From Candidatus Methylomirabilota bacterium (GTDB lineage: Bacteria; Methylomirabilota; Methylomirabilia; Rokubacteriales; CSP1-6), in assembly GCA_035764725.1 (NCBI GenBank), contig DASTYT010000097.1:1367-65366 (forward strand): a DNA stretch of 64,000 bases, written 5' to 3'. The notes under the pieces are model-generated. The model did no database searches. It had not been told where the DNA came from and saw only the letters and a program-made list of their open reading frames with translations. Made by a program: the position numbers and the translations under genes. Below are positions 37,149 through 46,810 of the stretch, one piece after another (position 1 is the first letter of the stretch; every line of letters begins with the position of its first letter).

Positions 37149-38039
37149 ATGGAGCGATGGACGGCGCGCGAATTCGACCAGGAGCTGCTGAACCTCTTCG
37201 ATCTCTACGTGCACGGCGACATCGACAGGCGCGGCTTCCTCGAGCGCGCGGCGAAGTTCGCGGTGGGCGGGATGACCGCGGCCGGGCTGCTCGATGCGCT
37301 GAGCCCGCGTTTCGCGGAGGCGCAGCAGGTGGCCAAGGACGACCAGCGGCTGCGCACCGAATGGATCGACTACGAGTCACCGCAGGGCACCGGCAAGGTG
37401 CGCGCGTATCTGGCGCGGCCGGAGTCGGCCACGGGCAAGCTGCCGGGCATCCTCGTGATCCACGAGAATCGCGGGCTCAACCCGCACATCGAGGACATCA
37501 CGCGCCGCCTCGCGCTGGACAAGTTTGTGGCCCTGGCGCCCGACGCGCTGACGCCGTTCGGTGGCTATCCGGGCGACGAGGACAAGGCGCGTGAGGCGTT
37601 CGCCAAGCTCGACCAGGCCAAGATGCGCGAGGATCTCGTGGCCGGCGCGGGTGTGCTCAAGGCGCGGCCCGAGTGCACGGGGAAGATCGGCGTCGTGGGT
37701 TTCTGCTGGGGCGGCACGATGGCGAACATGCTGGCGACCCGGCTGCCCGACCTCGCCGCCGCAGTGCCGTTCTATGGAGGGCAGCCCGCAGCGGCGGACG
37801 CGGCGCGGATCAAGGCCCCGCTCCTCATCCACTACGCCGACAACGACGACCGGATCAACTCGGGCTGGCCCGCCTACGAGGCCGCGCTCAAGGCCAGTGG
37901 GGTCGCCTACACCATGTACCGCTATCCGGGCACCGAGCATGGCTTCAACAACGACACGACCCCGCGCTACGATCGGGCGGCCGCGGGGCTGGCCTGGCAG
38001 CGCACGGTGGAGTTTTTCAACAAGAATCTCCGCGGCTGA
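37149..38039 (+). CDS. dienelactone hydrolase family protein, Tat-secreted
   Basis: RRGFLERAAKFAVGG Tat motif. DLH motifs (GVVGFCWGG, catalytic H near the C-terminus). Confidence 0.8.
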   Translation: MERWTAREFDQELLNLFDLYVHGDIDRRGFLERAAKFAVGGMTAAGLLDALSPRFAEAQQVAKDDQRLRTEWIDYESPQGTGKVRAYLARPESATGKLPGILVIHENRGLNPHIEDITRRLALDKFVALAPDALTPFGGYPGDEDKAREAFAKLDQAKMREDLVAGAGVLKARPECTGKIGVVGFCWGGTMANMLATRLPDLAAAVPFYGGQPAAADAARIKAPLLIHYADNDDRINSGWPAYEAALKASGVAYTMYRYPGTEHGFNNDTTPRYDRAAAGLAWQRTVEFFNKNLRG

Positions 38040-38119
38040 GTCGCACCCGCGTACACTGCGGGCTTCTCCGGGGCCTGGAGCCGTGCGGCAGGCAGCTCCC
38101 GGCCCTTCGTTCGGAGGGG

Positions 38120-38380
38120 CTAGCCGGCGAGCGAGCGCGCCCGGCGGCGCAGCCAGACCCTGACGAGCACGCCCGTCATGACCGCGGCGCCCACCACCTG
38201 GGCGATGTCGATGAGGAGATACGCCCAGCTCACGGCGAGCTCTCCGCTGACCCACGCGGCGGTGAAGCCGGCGGCGACGCCGAGCACCGCGATGAGCGCG
38301 GCCTTGAGCCACACGGGCCGCATGGCGTCAGTGGCGAGCCCGAGCACGATGCCGCTGAGAACCGGGAATACCTCTTCCAT
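38120..38380 (-). CDS. small hydrophobic membrane protein
   Basis: 86 codons from an internal ATG with a GAGG RBS. Weak. Confidence 0.3.
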   Translation of the reverse strand: MEEVFPVLSGIVLGLATDAMRPVWLKAALIAVLGVAAGFTAAWVSGELAVSWAYLLIDIAQVVGAAVMTGVLVRVWLRRRARSLAG

Positions 38381-38471
38381 GAGCAAGCCTCCGTGGGGTT
38401 GACGAGTGCCGGCGCGGCGAGGATCGCGCGAGTCGTGCGCGTCGTCAAGGCGGCTATGGCACACTCCGCCC

Positions 38472-39359
38472 ATGGCCGACGCGCTGGCCCCCGCCGCGGC
38501 GGACGCACTGGAGGCTTGGCGCCGCCGCGTGCGCGCCAATCGCGAGCAGGCCGAGCGGCTCCGCGAGGGCGCGCCGCCCCGCGATTTCTACGCCGCGGTG
38601 GCGTCCGACTTTCAGGCCGATCCCCGCCGTCCCGATGAGCCCGTCCTCGAGGTGCTGCACGCGCTCGTGGAGCCGGGCGAGACATGGCTGGACATCGGCG
38701 CGGGCGGCGGCCGCTACGCGCTGCCCCTCGCGCTTCACGCCGGGCGGGTGATCGCCATCGATCCGTCCCCGGGCATGCTCGGCGTGCTCCGGAACGGCAT
38801 GTCCAACCACGGGATCGGCAACATCGAGGTCGTGGAGGCGCGCTGGCCGATGGCCGAGGCGCCGTCCGCCGACGTGGCGCTCATCGCGCATCTCGGCTAC
38901 GACGTCGAGGACATCGGGTCGTTCCTGGAGGCGATGGAAGGGGCGGCCCGGCGGCTCTGCGTGGCCGTGCTGGTGACGCCCTCGCCGCCCTATCTGGCCG
39001 AGCCGTTCTGGCCACCCGTTCACGGCGAGCCGCGCGTCCGGCTCCCGTCGCTCACGGAGTTCCTGGTCGTGCTTCTGGCGCGCGGACGTCTGTTCGACAT
39101 CCGCCTGCTGCCGCGAGAGCCTCTCGCGCACGCCACGCCGGAAGGGCCGCTGCCGTGGCTCTATCAGCAGCTCTTCGTGGGCCCGGACACCGCCAAGGGC
39201 CAACGGCTCGCCCGCCTTGCCCGCGACGCGATGCAGGAGCGGAGCGGGCGCTGGGCGCTGTCCTGGGAGCGAGGCTGGGTGGGGGTGGTCGCATGGCGGC
39301 CCCGTGGCCCGTCGCCCGACGGGCATTCGGTTGACCCACGCCGAAGCGGAAGCATATAG
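38472..39359 (+). CDS. class I SAM-dependent methyltransferase
   Basis: Motif I LDIGAGGGRYA. Confidence 0.65.
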   Translation: MADALAPAAADALEAWRRRVRANREQAERLREGAPPRDFYAAVASDFQADPRRPDEPVLEVLHALVEPGETWLDIGAGGGRYALPLALHAGRVIAIDPSPGMLGVLRNGMSNHGIGNIEVVEARWPMAEAPSADVALIAHLGYDVEDIGSFLEAMEGAARRLCVAVLVTPSPPYLAEPFWPPVHGEPRVRLPSLTEFLVVLLARGRLFDIRLLPREPLAHATPEGPLPWLYQQLFVGPDTAKGQRLARLARDAMQERSGRWALSWERGWVGVVAWRPRGPSPDGHSVDPRRSGSI

Positions 39360-39428
39360 TCGGGCCGCCACTGAGGCGTGAGCGGCTCGCCGCGCGACTT
39401 CGAAACGTCTCGACCATGGGAGGCAGGA

Positions 39429-40304
39429 ATGCGCATTGATCTGCTGCACACCGCCGCACGCACGCTGGTCCTCGCGCTGGCGCTGACCGTTGCCGCCGCC
39501 GTCCCGGCGCTGGCGCAGGACACTCTGGACCGCGTGAAGAAGACGGGCGTCCTCACCATCGGCTACCGCGACACCGCGCGGCCGTTTGCCTTCAAGGACG
39601 AGCAGGGCCAGCCGGCCGGCTACTCCGTCGATCTGTGCCGGCACATCGCCGCCGCGGTGCAGAAGAGCGTGGGTCTCGCGAAGCTGGACGTGCGCTTCGT
39701 CCCCGTGACCGCGGCCAACCGGGTGGAGTCCGTGGCGAAGGGCACGGTGGACATCGAATGCGGCTCGACCACCATGAGTCTGTCGCGCCAGGAGCAGGTG
39801 GACTTCACGTACATGACCTTCGTGGACGGCGGGAGCCTGCTCGTCGTGGACGGCCTCGGGATCCGGAACGTGGCCGACCTTCGGGGGAAGCGCGTGGCGG
39901 TGATTCCCGGCACGACCACCGCGCCCGCGCTGGACGCGGTCATGCAGCGAGCCCAGGTGCAAGCGACGATCGTGCCGGTGAAGACGCACGATGAGGGTCT
40001 GGCTGCGCTGGAGAAGGGGACCGCGGACGCCTACGCCTCGGATCGCACCATCCTCATCGGCGTGGGCCGCCGCGCCCAGAAGCCCGAGCGCTACGCCCTG
40101 TCCAGCGAGATGTTCTCGTACGAGCCCCACGGCTTCATGGTGCGGCGCAATGACTCGGCCTTCCGCCTCGTCGCCAATCGCACCCTCGCGGCGTTGTACC
40201 GGTCCGGCGACATCGTCGAGATCTACCGGAAGTGGTTCGGGGACATGGGGGCGCCGGGCTCGATCCTGCAGGTCATGTACCTGCTCCACGGGATCCCCGA
40301 GTAG
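39429..40304 (+). CDS. amino-acid ABC transporter substrate-binding protein (family 3)
   Basis: RBS GGGAGG. Signal peptide. PBP2 motifs. No permease or ATPase adjacent. Confidence 0.8.
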   Translation: MRIDLLHTAARTLVLALALTVAAAVPALAQDTLDRVKKTGVLTIGYRDTARPFAFKDEQGQPAGYSVDLCRHIAAAVQKSVGLAKLDVRFVPVTAANRVESVAKGTVDIECGSTTMSLSRQEQVDFTYMTFVDGGSLLVVDGLGIRNVADLRGKRVAVIPGTTTAPALDAVMQRAQVQATIVPVKTHDEGLAALEKGTADAYASDRTILIGVGRRAQKPERYALSSEMFSYEPHGFMVRRNDSAFRLVANRTLAALYRSGDIVEIYRKWFGDMGAPGSILQVMYLLHGIPE

Positions 40305-40329
40305 GGGCGGCGCACGCGCGAGGGCCGCG

Positions 40330-41328
40330 ATGCGCTCCATCGACATCCACGCGCACGTGGTGCCCCAGTCGCTTTGGCGCGCGGCCGATGCCGGCACGCC
40401 CTGGCACGGCTACCGTCACGAGCCGGGCAAGGGAGTTGGCGTCTTCGTGGGCGGTGGCAGGCGGCACGGCTTCGTAACGCCCAAGGTGCGCTTCACCCCC
40501 GAGCAGCGCATCGAGGACATGGACGCGCAGAAGGTCGACGTCCAGGTCCTGTCCATCCACACGCCCCTCTTTGGCTATCACCTGGACGGGGCGAGCGGGC
40601 AGGCGCTGGCCCGCGAGGTCAACGACGAGATCGCCGGCATGGTCCGCGGCTGGCCCCAGCGCTTCGCCGGCCTCGCGACGCTCCCCATGCAGGACGTGGG
40701 CGCCGCCATCGCCGAGCTCGAGCGGGCGGTGACCACGCTCGGCCTCAGGGGCGCCGAGCTCGACACCGCGGTCAACGGCGAGAACTGGGACGCGCCCAAG
40801 TTCCTGCCCTTCTTCAAGGCCGCGGAGGCGATGGGGGCGGTGCTCTTCTACCACCCGCAACCCTTCCACAACTTCATGACGGAGCGCGCGCCCCAGTACC
40901 GGCTCAACAATAGCCTCGGGGTGATCGTGGAGGACGCCATCGTCGTGGCCGTCCTCATCCTGGGTGGCATCCTCGAGGCCTGCCCCGCTCTCAGGATCTG
41001 CGTGGCCCACGGGGGCGGGCCCGCCTGCTACGCGATGGGCCGGCTGGATCGCGCCTGGCAGACGCGCTTCGAGGGGCCCCAGCGCATTCCCCAGCCGCCC
41101 AGCGCCTATCAGCGCCGTCTCTACTACGACAGCGTGGTGGGGAACGAGGCGGCGCTCCGCTTCCTGCTCGACCAGGTGGGCGCGGACCGCGTCGTGCTTG
41201 GCAGCGACTGGCCCTTCGTGCCCTGGCATCCCTCGCCCGTGACCTGGGTCCAGGGGCTCGCCTCCCTCACCGCCGAGGAGAAGGAGCGCATTCTCGGGCG
41301 GAACCTCGAGGCCCTCCTGGGGCTCTGA
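40330..41328 (+). CDS. amidohydrolase-2 family protein (ACMSD-like metal-dependent hydrolase / decarboxylase)
   Basis: N-terminal IDIHAHV metal ligands and C-terminal D..W.F motif. It is the in-frame tail of a 445-aa track ORF. Confidence 0.8.
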   Translation: MRSIDIHAHVVPQSLWRAADAGTPWHGYRHEPGKGVGVFVGGGRRHGFVTPKVRFTPEQRIEDMDAQKVDVQVLSIHTPLFGYHLDGASGQALAREVNDEIAGMVRGWPQRFAGLATLPMQDVGAAIAELERAVTTLGLRGAELDTAVNGENWDAPKFLPFFKAAEAMGAVLFYHPQPFHNFMTERAPQYRLNNSLGVIVEDAIVVAVLILGGILEACPALRICVAHGGGPACYAMGRLDRAWQTRFEGPQRIPQPPSAYQRRLYYDSVVGNEAALRFLLDQVGADRVVLGSDWPFVPWHPSPVTWVQGLASLTAEEKERILGRNLEALLGL

Positions 41329-41431
41329 CCTGCTGGGGGCTCTGACCCCCTCGGCCCGGGGCGCCGGGGCATTGACAGGCGCCCGTGATTTAGGTAACCC
41401 TGATGTCCTGGACAAGGGTGCCCCTAATATC

Positions 41432-41776
41432 ATGAAAGTGCTCGCTGCCACGCTCGCCGCCGTCATGCTCCTCGCCGGCCTCGCCCTGGTCCCGTTGCCG
41501 GCCGGGGCCGCGGACCAGGAGATCCCGCTCACCATCGAGAAGAACCGCTTCGAGCCGGCCGAGATCAAGGTGAAGGCCGGCGCTCCGTTCGTGCTCGTCA
41601 TCACCAACAAGGACACGTCCGCCGAGGAGTTCGAGAGCAAGGACCTGAAGATCGAGAAGGTGATCGCCGGAGGCAAGACCGTGAAGGTGAAGGTGCCCGC
41701 GCTCAAGGCCGGCACGTACAAGTTCGTGGGCGAGTACCACGAGGCGACCGCCCAGGGCCGGATCGTCGCGGAGTAG
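41432..41776 (+). CDS. secreted cupredoxin-like protein (EfeO N-domain / Cupredoxin_1 type)
   Basis: Signal peptide. IKVKAGAPFVLVITNKD...GTYKFVGEYHE. Confidence 0.65.
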   Translation: MKVLAATLAAVMLLAGLALVPLPAGAADQEIPLTIEKNRFEPAEIKVKAGAPFVLVITNKDTSAEEFESKDLKIEKVIAGGKTVKVKVPALKAGTYKFVGEYHEATAQGRIVAE

Positions 41777-41782
41777 CGCCCG

Positions 41783-42631
41783 ATGGGCGGCACCTTCCTC
41801 ATCACGCTACGCGAGGCCCTCGAGGCGGCGCTGCTGCTGGGGCTCGTCTACACCTACCTCGACAAGATCGGCGCCCGGCAACACTTCGGGTGGGTGAGCC
41901 TCGGCGGCGCGCTCGGCCTCGCCGCCAGCATCGCGATGGGCGTGACGGTCGCGTACTTCTCCGGCCCGCTCGTCGATCTCGGGCCCGACGTCGTCGCGGC
42001 CGCCGTGATCTTCCTCGCCGTCATCTTGCTCACGTGGCATGCGTGGTGGATGCAGCGTCACGCGCGTGGCATCAGCGGGGAGGTCGAGCGGCGCATCGAA
42101 GGGGCGCGCCGCACGCAGCGGTTGTGGATGGTGGGACTGATCGCCTTCACCGGCGTGTTCCGCGAAGGCGCGGAGACCGTGATCTTTCTCTGGGGTCTCA
42201 TGGCGGAGGCCACGTCGGCAGCCGGCTGGGGGAGCGTCGCCGCGGGCGTTGCCGGCGTCGGCTCGGCCGCGCTCCTCGGCTGGTTGATCTTCCGCGGCGG
42301 CCGGCGCCTGAGCCTGGCCCGGTTCTTCACCGTCACCACCGTGCTCTTGATCTTCCTCGCCGCCGGACTCTTCAGCACCGGCATCGGCCGGCTGCAGTCG
42401 CTCGGCGTGCTCCCGATGATGGCGCCCCTCTGGGACACGTCGTGGCTGCTGAGCGATTCGAGCGTGGTGGGCAGCTTCCTGGCGGGCCTTCTCGGCTACC
42501 GCGAGCGCCCGTCGCCCCTCGAGGCCGCCGGCTACGCGGCCTATCTCGTCGTGGTCGGCTGCGTGATCCTCGGCGGGGCGTGGCGCCGGCCCCAGCCGGC
42601 TACGGCCGTGCGCGCAGGCGCTTCACGCTGA
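41783..42631 (+). CDS. FTR1-family high-affinity iron permease (EfeU-like)
   Basis: Two RExxE motifs (REALE, REGAE) in TM1 and TM4. Confidence 0.8.
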   Translation: MGGTFLITLREALEAALLLGLVYTYLDKIGARQHFGWVSLGGALGLAASIAMGVTVAYFSGPLVDLGPDVVAAAVIFLAVILLTWHAWWMQRHARGISGEVERRIEGARRTQRLWMVGLIAFTGVFREGAETVIFLWGLMAEATSAAGWGSVAAGVAGVGSAALLGWLIFRGGRRLSLARFFTVTTVLLIFLAAGLFSTGIGRLQSLGVLPMMAPLWDTSWLLSDSSVVGSFLAGLLGYRERPSPLEAAGYAAYLVVVGCVILGGAWRRPQPATAVRAGASR

Positions 42632-42836
42632 CGACCAGGAGCGCCACGAAGACCACCGCGAGCAGCGCCGCGCCGGCGCCGAACACCATCCGCCCCACGC
42701 GCTCGCTCGTCTGACCCGAGGCGAAGGTGCCGCTGGCCGTGAAGGTCCGCGGCCCCGGGCCGAAGGCCACCCAAGAGGCGACGGCGCCCAGCGCGCCGAC
42801 GATGCCGAGCCCGAGCGTCATCTGCGTCACGCGCAT
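42600..42836 (-). CDS. small hydrophobic protein
   Basis: 78 codons, two TM. Directly downstream of another small hydrophobic ORF. Could be a single frameshifted gene. Confidence 0.3.
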   Translation of the reverse strand: MRVTQMTLGLGIVGALGAVASWVAFGPGPRTFTASGTFASGQTSERVGRMVFGAGAALLAVVFVALLVVSVKRLRARP

Positions 42837-43144
42837 CCACAGGGCGTCCCCGGCGGCAGGTCGCCGTCGGGCGTCGCCCCGCCGGCCAGCGCGTAGCCCA
42901 CGATCATCGCGCCGCCGCCGAACACGAAGACGAGGCCGGCGCACGCGCCCACCCAGGGCGGCGCCTCGTGCGGCGGCGGCGTGCCGGTCACGAGGCCGAG
43001 GACGGAGAGCGCGATGAACCCACCGAAGGCGATGAGGCCGGCGCCGATCGCGATGGCGGCCCGTGGGGAGAGCGATGTCGCGTCGTCCGGCCTGCGGCTC
43101 CCGGTCACGCGGCGTATTTCAATTGAACTGCGGTGCCCAGGCAA
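42827..43144 (-). CDS. small hydrophobic protein
   Basis: 105 codons, Gly/Ala-rich TM segments. Confidence 0.3.
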   Translation of the reverse strand: MPGHRSSIEIRRVTGSRRPDDATSLSPRAAIAIGAGLIAFGGFIALSVLGLVTGTPPPHEAPPWVGACAGLVFVFGGGAMIVGYALAGGATPDGDLPPGTPCGCA

Positions 43145-43174
43145 GCGGGTCGGCCGCGGCGCATACTGATCTCG

Positions 43175-44128
43175 ATGGAGAACGAGTCAAAGACAGCGGT
43201 GATCGCGGCGCTGGCCGGCAATGTCGCCCTGGCCGTGCTCAAGGGCGTGGCCGCGGCCTTCACGGGCAGCGCGGCGATGCTCGCGGAGACGTTCCACTCC
43301 CTCGCCGATACTGGCAATCAGGTGTTGCTCTTTCTCGGCATGCAGATCGGGCAGCGCCCCCCGGACCGGCGGCACCCCTTCGGCTACGGCAGAGCCGTGT
43401 ACTTCTGGGGCTTCGTGGTGTCGGTGATGCTGTTCACCCTAGGGGGCGCGTTCTCGATCTGGGAGGGGGTGCGGAAGACGCTGCATCCGTTCGCCCACGA
43501 GGGCTCCGCCGCGTGGGCCTACGGTGTCCTGGCGGGCGGCTTCGTCTTCGAGGCAATCTCACTGGGCATCAGCCTCCACTCGCTGCGGAAGGCGAAGGGC
43601 CCGCGGACGCTGCGGCAGTACTGGATCGAGAGCCGCGACTCCACGCTGCCCACCGTCGTGCTGGAGGACACCGCGGCGATCCTCTCGCTGGGGTTCGCCG
43701 GCGCGGGCATCTGGCTGAGCCGGCAGACCGCCAATGCCTTCTGGGACGCGGGTGCGTCCGCGGCGATCGGCGTTCTCCTCGTCGGCGTCGCCGCGCTGCT
43801 CGCCGCCGAGAACTATTCCCTCCTCATCGGGGAACCCGCCCCGCGCCGCACCGAGACGGCGATCCGCCGGATCGTGGGAGAGGACGAGGCGGTGGAGCGA
43901 CTAGTGGAGCTGCGGACCATGCACATCGGGCCGCATCAGATCGTGGTCGCGCTCGGAGTCCACTTCAAATCCGGTCTGTCCGTCACCGAGGTCGAGAAGG
44001 CGATCCGACGGATCGAGGATGCCATCACGGGGCTCCTCGGCGAGCGCACGAGTCCCGCCCTCATCACCGTGGAGCCGACGAGCCGGCCCGGCCTGTTGAG
44101 GAAGAATTATAGGTTCATAGATGACTAA
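43175..44128 (+). CDS. cation diffusion facilitator family transporter (CzcD/FieF-like)
   Basis: TM2 and TM5 metal-site His/Asp (HSLAD). C-terminal cytoplasmic domain. Confidence 0.85.
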   Translation: MENESKTAVIAALAGNVALAVLKGVAAAFTGSAAMLAETFHSLADTGNQVLLFLGMQIGQRPPDRRHPFGYGRAVYFWGFVVSVMLFTLGGAFSIWEGVRKTLHPFAHEGSAAWAYGVLAGGFVFEAISLGISLHSLRKAKGPRTLRQYWIESRDSTLPTVVLEDTAAILSLGFAGAGIWLSRQTANAFWDAGASAAIGVLLVGVAALLAAENYSLLIGEPAPRRTETAIRRIVGEDEAVERLVELRTMHIGPHQIVVALGVHFKSGLSVTEVEKAIRRIEDAITGLLGERTSPALITVEPTSRPGLLRKNYRFIDD

Positions 44129-44212
44129 AACCCGGCGCGTCGCGCACCAGCGCGCGCAGGACGCCTACGACCGCGGGCGCCGCATCGAGCGGGCCCGGCC
44201 GCGCCCGCTGGG

Positions 44213-45466
44213 CTAGCCCCAGGCCTGCTCGAGCGGCCGTCCCGGGCGCCGCAGGAGCCCGATCGCGATGCCGATGTTCAGGAGGTTCCACAGGATCCCG
44301 TTGACGAACGCCGTGTGGTACGAGCCGGTGAGATCGTAGATCGCGCCTGACATCCACCCGCCCAGGGCCATTCCGAATACCGTCGCGGTGATCACGATCG
44401 ACACCCGCACGCCGGCCTCCTGAGGCGGATAGAACTCGCGCACGATCACCGCGTACGAGGGGACGAGGCCGCCCTGGAAGAGACCGAACAGGGCTGACAG
44501 CGTGTAGAGCGCGGGCAGATCGTCGAAGGGCAGGAAGAGGACGAGCGCCAGCGCCTGCAGGCTCGAGCTGGCGAGGAGCGTCCACCGGCCGCCGATCCGA
44601 TCGCAGATCCACCCGGACGCGAGGCGGCTCACGATGCCGAAGCCCAGCATGAGCGACAGCATCTGGGCGCCGCGGGCCGCGCCGTGACCGAGGTCGGCAC
44701 AGTAGGCCACGATGTGGACCTGAGGCATCGACATCGCCACGCAGCAGGACAAACCGGCGATGACCAGCACGGTCTGGAGCGCGCCGGCCGACATGTCGAG
44801 CGGCCGCGCGGCGCGAGCGCCGAGCGGCGCGCGGCCCGGCGTGCGCTCGACGAGCGGCGAGCGCGGGCGCAGCACGAGCGCGAGGGGCAGCATCGTGGCC
44901 ACGCAGAACACGGCGATCCCCAGGAACGTGAGGCGCCAGCCCACCGTCTGGATGAAGTGCTGCACGACGGGCGGCCACACCGTGCCCGCGAGATAGCTGC
45001 CGCTCGCGATGATGGCCACCGCCTTGCCCCGGTTGCGTGTGAACCAGAGCGAGGTGTCGGCGATGATCGGCGCGAAGGTGGCCGAGCCGGCCACTCCAAC
45101 CACCACGCCCTGCGTCAGCACGAACTGCCAGAGGTTCGTCGCCTGCCCGGCGAGCGCGTAGCCGATCCCGAGGGCGATGGTCCCGCCCATCACCGGCATG
45201 ATGATGCCGTAGCGGTCGGACAGGCGCCCCATCACGATGCTGCCGATCCCGAAGCAGATCATGGTCACGGTGTAAGGGAGCGAGGCCGCGGAGCGCGCGA
45301 CGCCGAACTCGGCCTGGATGGCGGGCAGGGCGACGATCACCGACCACATGCCCACGCCGCCGATGCCGGACAGGACGAGCGCGGCGGCGAGCCGGGTCCA
45401 CGCGTAGGCGGACTCCTGGGAGGGTGATGCGGACGGGCCGCGGCGGCGGAGCTGGGTGGAGGGCAT
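44213..45466 (-). CDS. MFS transporter
   Basis: 12-TM profile with an MFS loop motif. Start at the internal ATG so that it does not overlap the divergent gene. Confidence 0.8.
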   Translation of the reverse strand: MPSTQLRRRGPSASPSQESAYAWTRLAAALVLSGIGGVGMWSVIVALPAIQAEFGVARSAASLPYTVTMICFGIGSIVMGRLSDRYGIIMPVMGGTIALGIGYALAGQATNLWQFVLTQGVVVGVAGSATFAPIIADTSLWFTRNRGKAVAIIASGSYLAGTVWPPVVQHFIQTVGWRLTFLGIAVFCVATMLPLALVLRPRSPLVERTPGRAPLGARAARPLDMSAGALQTVLVIAGLSCCVAMSMPQVHIVAYCADLGHGAARGAQMLSLMLGFGIVSRLASGWICDRIGGRWTLLASSSLQALALVLFLPFDDLPALYTLSALFGLFQGGLVPSYAVIVREFYPPQEAGVRVSIVITATVFGMALGGWMSGAIYDLTGSYHTAFVNGILWNLLNIGIAIGLLRRPGRPLEQAWG

Positions 45467-45583
45467 GAGGGCCGACACTAGTATCCGGGAGGCGCGCACG
45501 TTTGTGGCCAGCCAATTCCCGTCCTTTTTGGGTACGCATTGGGAGCGGGCTCGCGCACCGACGATGGTAGAGTATTCGCGTCG

Positions 45584-46777
45584 ATGCGCTGGCTCGTTCG
45601 CCATCCCTGGCTCGGCCTGCTCGGGCTCGCGGCGACGCTCGGCGTCGGCGCGGGTGCGGCCTTCTGGATCGTGGTCGGGCCGCCGCCCGGCTGGGAGCGC
45701 CGCACCCCGGTGTCGCCGGAGACGGCGCGCTACTTCTCGCCCGACTACCTCACCGCCCGGGCACGATTTCGCGCGAAGGTGGAGGCCGCCCACGGCCGGC
45801 TGGCGCAGATCCCCATCGATGCGCGCGGCCCCGCCGGCGAGGCGCTCACGATCGACATCGGCTGGTTCGGCGCCGCGCGGCCCCGCCGGGCGCTGCTACA
45901 CTCCTCCGGCATCCACGGCGTGGAGGGCTTCGCGGGCTCGGCGATACAATTGCAGCTCCTCGACGCCATGCCGCGGCTCGATGCCGATAGCGCGATCGTC
46001 CTCGTCCACCTCCTCAATCCGTACGGGGTGGCCTGGCTCCGCCGCGCCAACGAGGACAACGTTGACCTCAACCGGAACTTCCTCGGACCCGACGAGGCGT
46101 ACAGCGGCGCGCCCGCGGGCTACGGCGCGCTCGACTTCCTGCTCAATCCGCCGAGCCCGCCCGGCTGGGACTTCTTCTACGCGCGCGCCGTCGGGCAGGT
46201 GGCACGGCACGGCATGACCGCCCTCAAGCAGGCGGTCGCCAACGGGCAGTACGACTACGCCAAGGGGCTCTTCTTCGGTGGCAAGCACCTGGAGCAGGGG
46301 CCCGACCGCTACCAGGCTTTCCTGCGCGAGCGCCTGTCCGGCGCCGCACGCGTCATCGCCGTCGACGTTCACACCGGCGTGGGCGAGTATGGCGAGGAGC
46401 TACTGCTCGCCGAGGAGGAGGAGTTCAAGGCGGCCCGGCGAGTCTTCGGCGCGCGCGTGACCCTCGCCGACGCGGATCGCGGGGCGGCCTATCGGATCCG
46501 TGGCGGCTACGAGAAGATGCTCGCCCGCATCTTCCCGGGCAGCGACCTGCACTTCGTGGCCGAGGAGTTCGGGACGTATCGCCCCATCCACATCGTGCGG
46601 GCGCTGCGGGAGGAGAACCGCTGGCATCATTGGGGCGGTGGCGCGCCGACCCATCCCGCCAAGCTGGCGCTGCGCGAGGCGTTCTCACCGGAGGACGAGG
46701 TCTGGCGGCGGGCCGTGCTCGCGCGTGGCCAGTCGCTGGTGAGCGAAGCGGTGAAGGCGCTCCGCGGCGGCGGCTAG
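45584..46777 (+). CDS. M14 carboxypeptidase-like / succinylglutamate-desuccinylase-like protein (DUF2817)
   Basis: HSSGIHGVEG and NPYG...NRNF zinc-site motifs. Confidence 0.6.
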   Translation: MRWLVRHPWLGLLGLAATLGVGAGAAFWIVVGPPPGWERRTPVSPETARYFSPDYLTARARFRAKVEAAHGRLAQIPIDARGPAGEALTIDIGWFGAARPRRALLHSSGIHGVEGFAGSAIQLQLLDAMPRLDADSAIVLVHLLNPYGVAWLRRANEDNVDLNRNFLGPDEAYSGAPAGYGALDFLLNPPSPPGWDFFYARAVGQVARHGMTALKQAVANGQYDYAKGLFFGGKHLEQGPDRYQAFLRERLSGAARVIAVDVHTGVGEYGEELLLAEEEEFKAARRVFGARVTLADADRGAAYRIRGGYEKMLARIFPGSDLHFVAEEFGTYRPIHIVRALREENRWHHWGGGAPTHPAKLALREAFSPEDEVWRRAVLARGQSLVSEAVKALRGGG

Positions 46778-46810
46778 GGGAGGCGCGCCTCGGGGACCCC
46801 GCCGGCCCGG

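Noticed and set aside
41372-41400. TTGACA-N17-TAACCC sigma-70-like promoter upstream of the cupredoxin/FTR1 pair
   Set aside because: The -10 match is poor. No convincing Fur box. Too weak to annotate.
38454-41805. 647-aa and 510-aa minus ORFs
   Set aside because: Antisense to the methyltransferase, SBP and amidohydrolase genes. No motifs.
44115-45539. 474-aa minus ORF, alternative frame of the MFS gene
   Set aside because: Arg/Pro/His-rich with no TM helices. The overlapping frame encodes a convincing 12-TM MFS.
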